NCBI GenBank assembly: GCA_902778925.1
Contig: CACYZN010000021.1
Coordinates: 3,847-67,846 of the forward strand
Source: an uncultured Bacteroidota bacterium
GTDB taxonomy: Bacteria; Bacteroidota; Bacteroidia; Bacteroidales; P3
DNA length: 64,000 nucleotides
Direction: 5' to 3'
Program-made: the position numbers and the translations under genes
In this document: in pieces, positions 63,578-64,000 of the stretch
Layout of the letters: each line of letters opens with the position of its first letter
How positions within the stretch are numbered: position 1 is the stretch's first letter
Notes under the pieces: model-generated
What the model was told of the DNA's origin: nothing
The model's input: the letters and a program-made list of their open reading frames with translations, nothing else
The model's database searches: none

Positions 63578-63728
63578 CCCCTCCGGTAGTTCTTATGTAC
63601 TTCTTATGTATTTCTTATGTATTTCTTATGTTTTAAACATAAATACAACATAAGAAATACATAAGAAATACATAAGAACGGCAGGACCGGAACCGGTGGG
63701 GAACGGTAGGGGTGGCAGGGTGGCGGGC
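63578..63728. repeat. AT-rich palindromic element built from 11-bp units, copy E, with a G-quadruplex-type right flank
   Basis: CCCCTCCGG, then the TTCTTATGTA-unit palindrome (the right arm has one extra ATACATAAGAA unit), then GGCAGGACCGGAACCGGTGGGGAACGGTAGGGGTGGCAGGGTGGCGGGC. Confidence 0.9.
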
Positions 63729-63781
63729 AATAAATCGGGCTGTGTCGCGTTATGGTGGATGAATATGAAATACTGCACGAT

Positions 63782-64000
63782 ATGAAGATATTGGGACTGA
63801 TGTCGGGCACCTCGCTCGACGGGGTCGACCTGGCTTTGTGCGACATCGACGAAAAAAGCTACTCGATCGAGGCGGCGCAGACCGTGCCCTATCCACCCGA
63901 ATGGCGCCAGCGGCTCTCCACCCTCGAGCATGTCTCGGCTGTCGACTATGTTCAAGCGCATGTTGAATTGGGTCATTTCTTTGGGCGGATAATCAACGAT
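63782..64000 (+). CDS. anmK: Anhydro-N-acetylmuramic acid kinase, N-terminal fragment (continues past the window end)
   Basis: MKILGLMSGTSLDGVDLALCDI is the AnmK N-terminal signature. An in-frame ATG at 63752 is an alternative start. It is not in the ORF track because there is no stop in the window. Confidence 0.75.
   Translation, partial: MKILGLMSGTSLDGVDLALCDIDEKSYSIEAAQTVPYPPEWRQRLSTLEHVSAVDYVQAHVELGHFFGRIIND

Overview
This 64-kb chromosomal window looks like a GC-rich Bacteroidota (Bacteroidales-type) genome. The evidence is three T9SS C-terminal sorting domains, a complete MoxR/DUF58/BatA-E aerotolerance operon, a SusB-like GH97 enzyme, and TAnnTTTG -7 promoter boxes upstream of many genes. 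I call about 57 protein genes and one tRNA-Arg(ACG). I found no rRNA, CRISPR array, transposase, integrase or recognisable defence system. Most genes are housekeeping (sstT, deoD, nfo, tyrS, nadE, gyrB, ruvC, yajC, pepE, anmK) or envelope/efflux (TetR-TolC-MFP-RND operon, MATE, patatin/Omp85-like, Omp28-like lipoprotein). Genes sit in long minus-strand operons, often joined by ATGA start/stop overlaps. The most unusual signal is non-coding. Every one of the five divergent gene junctions carries a 100-150 bp AT-rich palindrome built from 11-bp phased tandem units. Each palindrome is bracketed by CCGG and by C-rich (left) and G-rich (right) tracts, and lies between the two outward-facing promoters. 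None of the 4 convergent junctions or the co-directional gaps has a full copy. I do not recognise this as a described repeat family. Other observations: an OmpA-like/caspase-like fusion with both catalytic residues substituted; a T9SS-sorted agmatine-deiminase/PPAD-like enzyme inside a BKACE-crt-hbd operon; 7-nt periodic spacers, including one inside the MATE coding sequence; and a lower-GC RND efflux block. All family names come from reading motifs by eye and from memory, with no database search, so they are hypotheses to confirm by HMM/BLAST.
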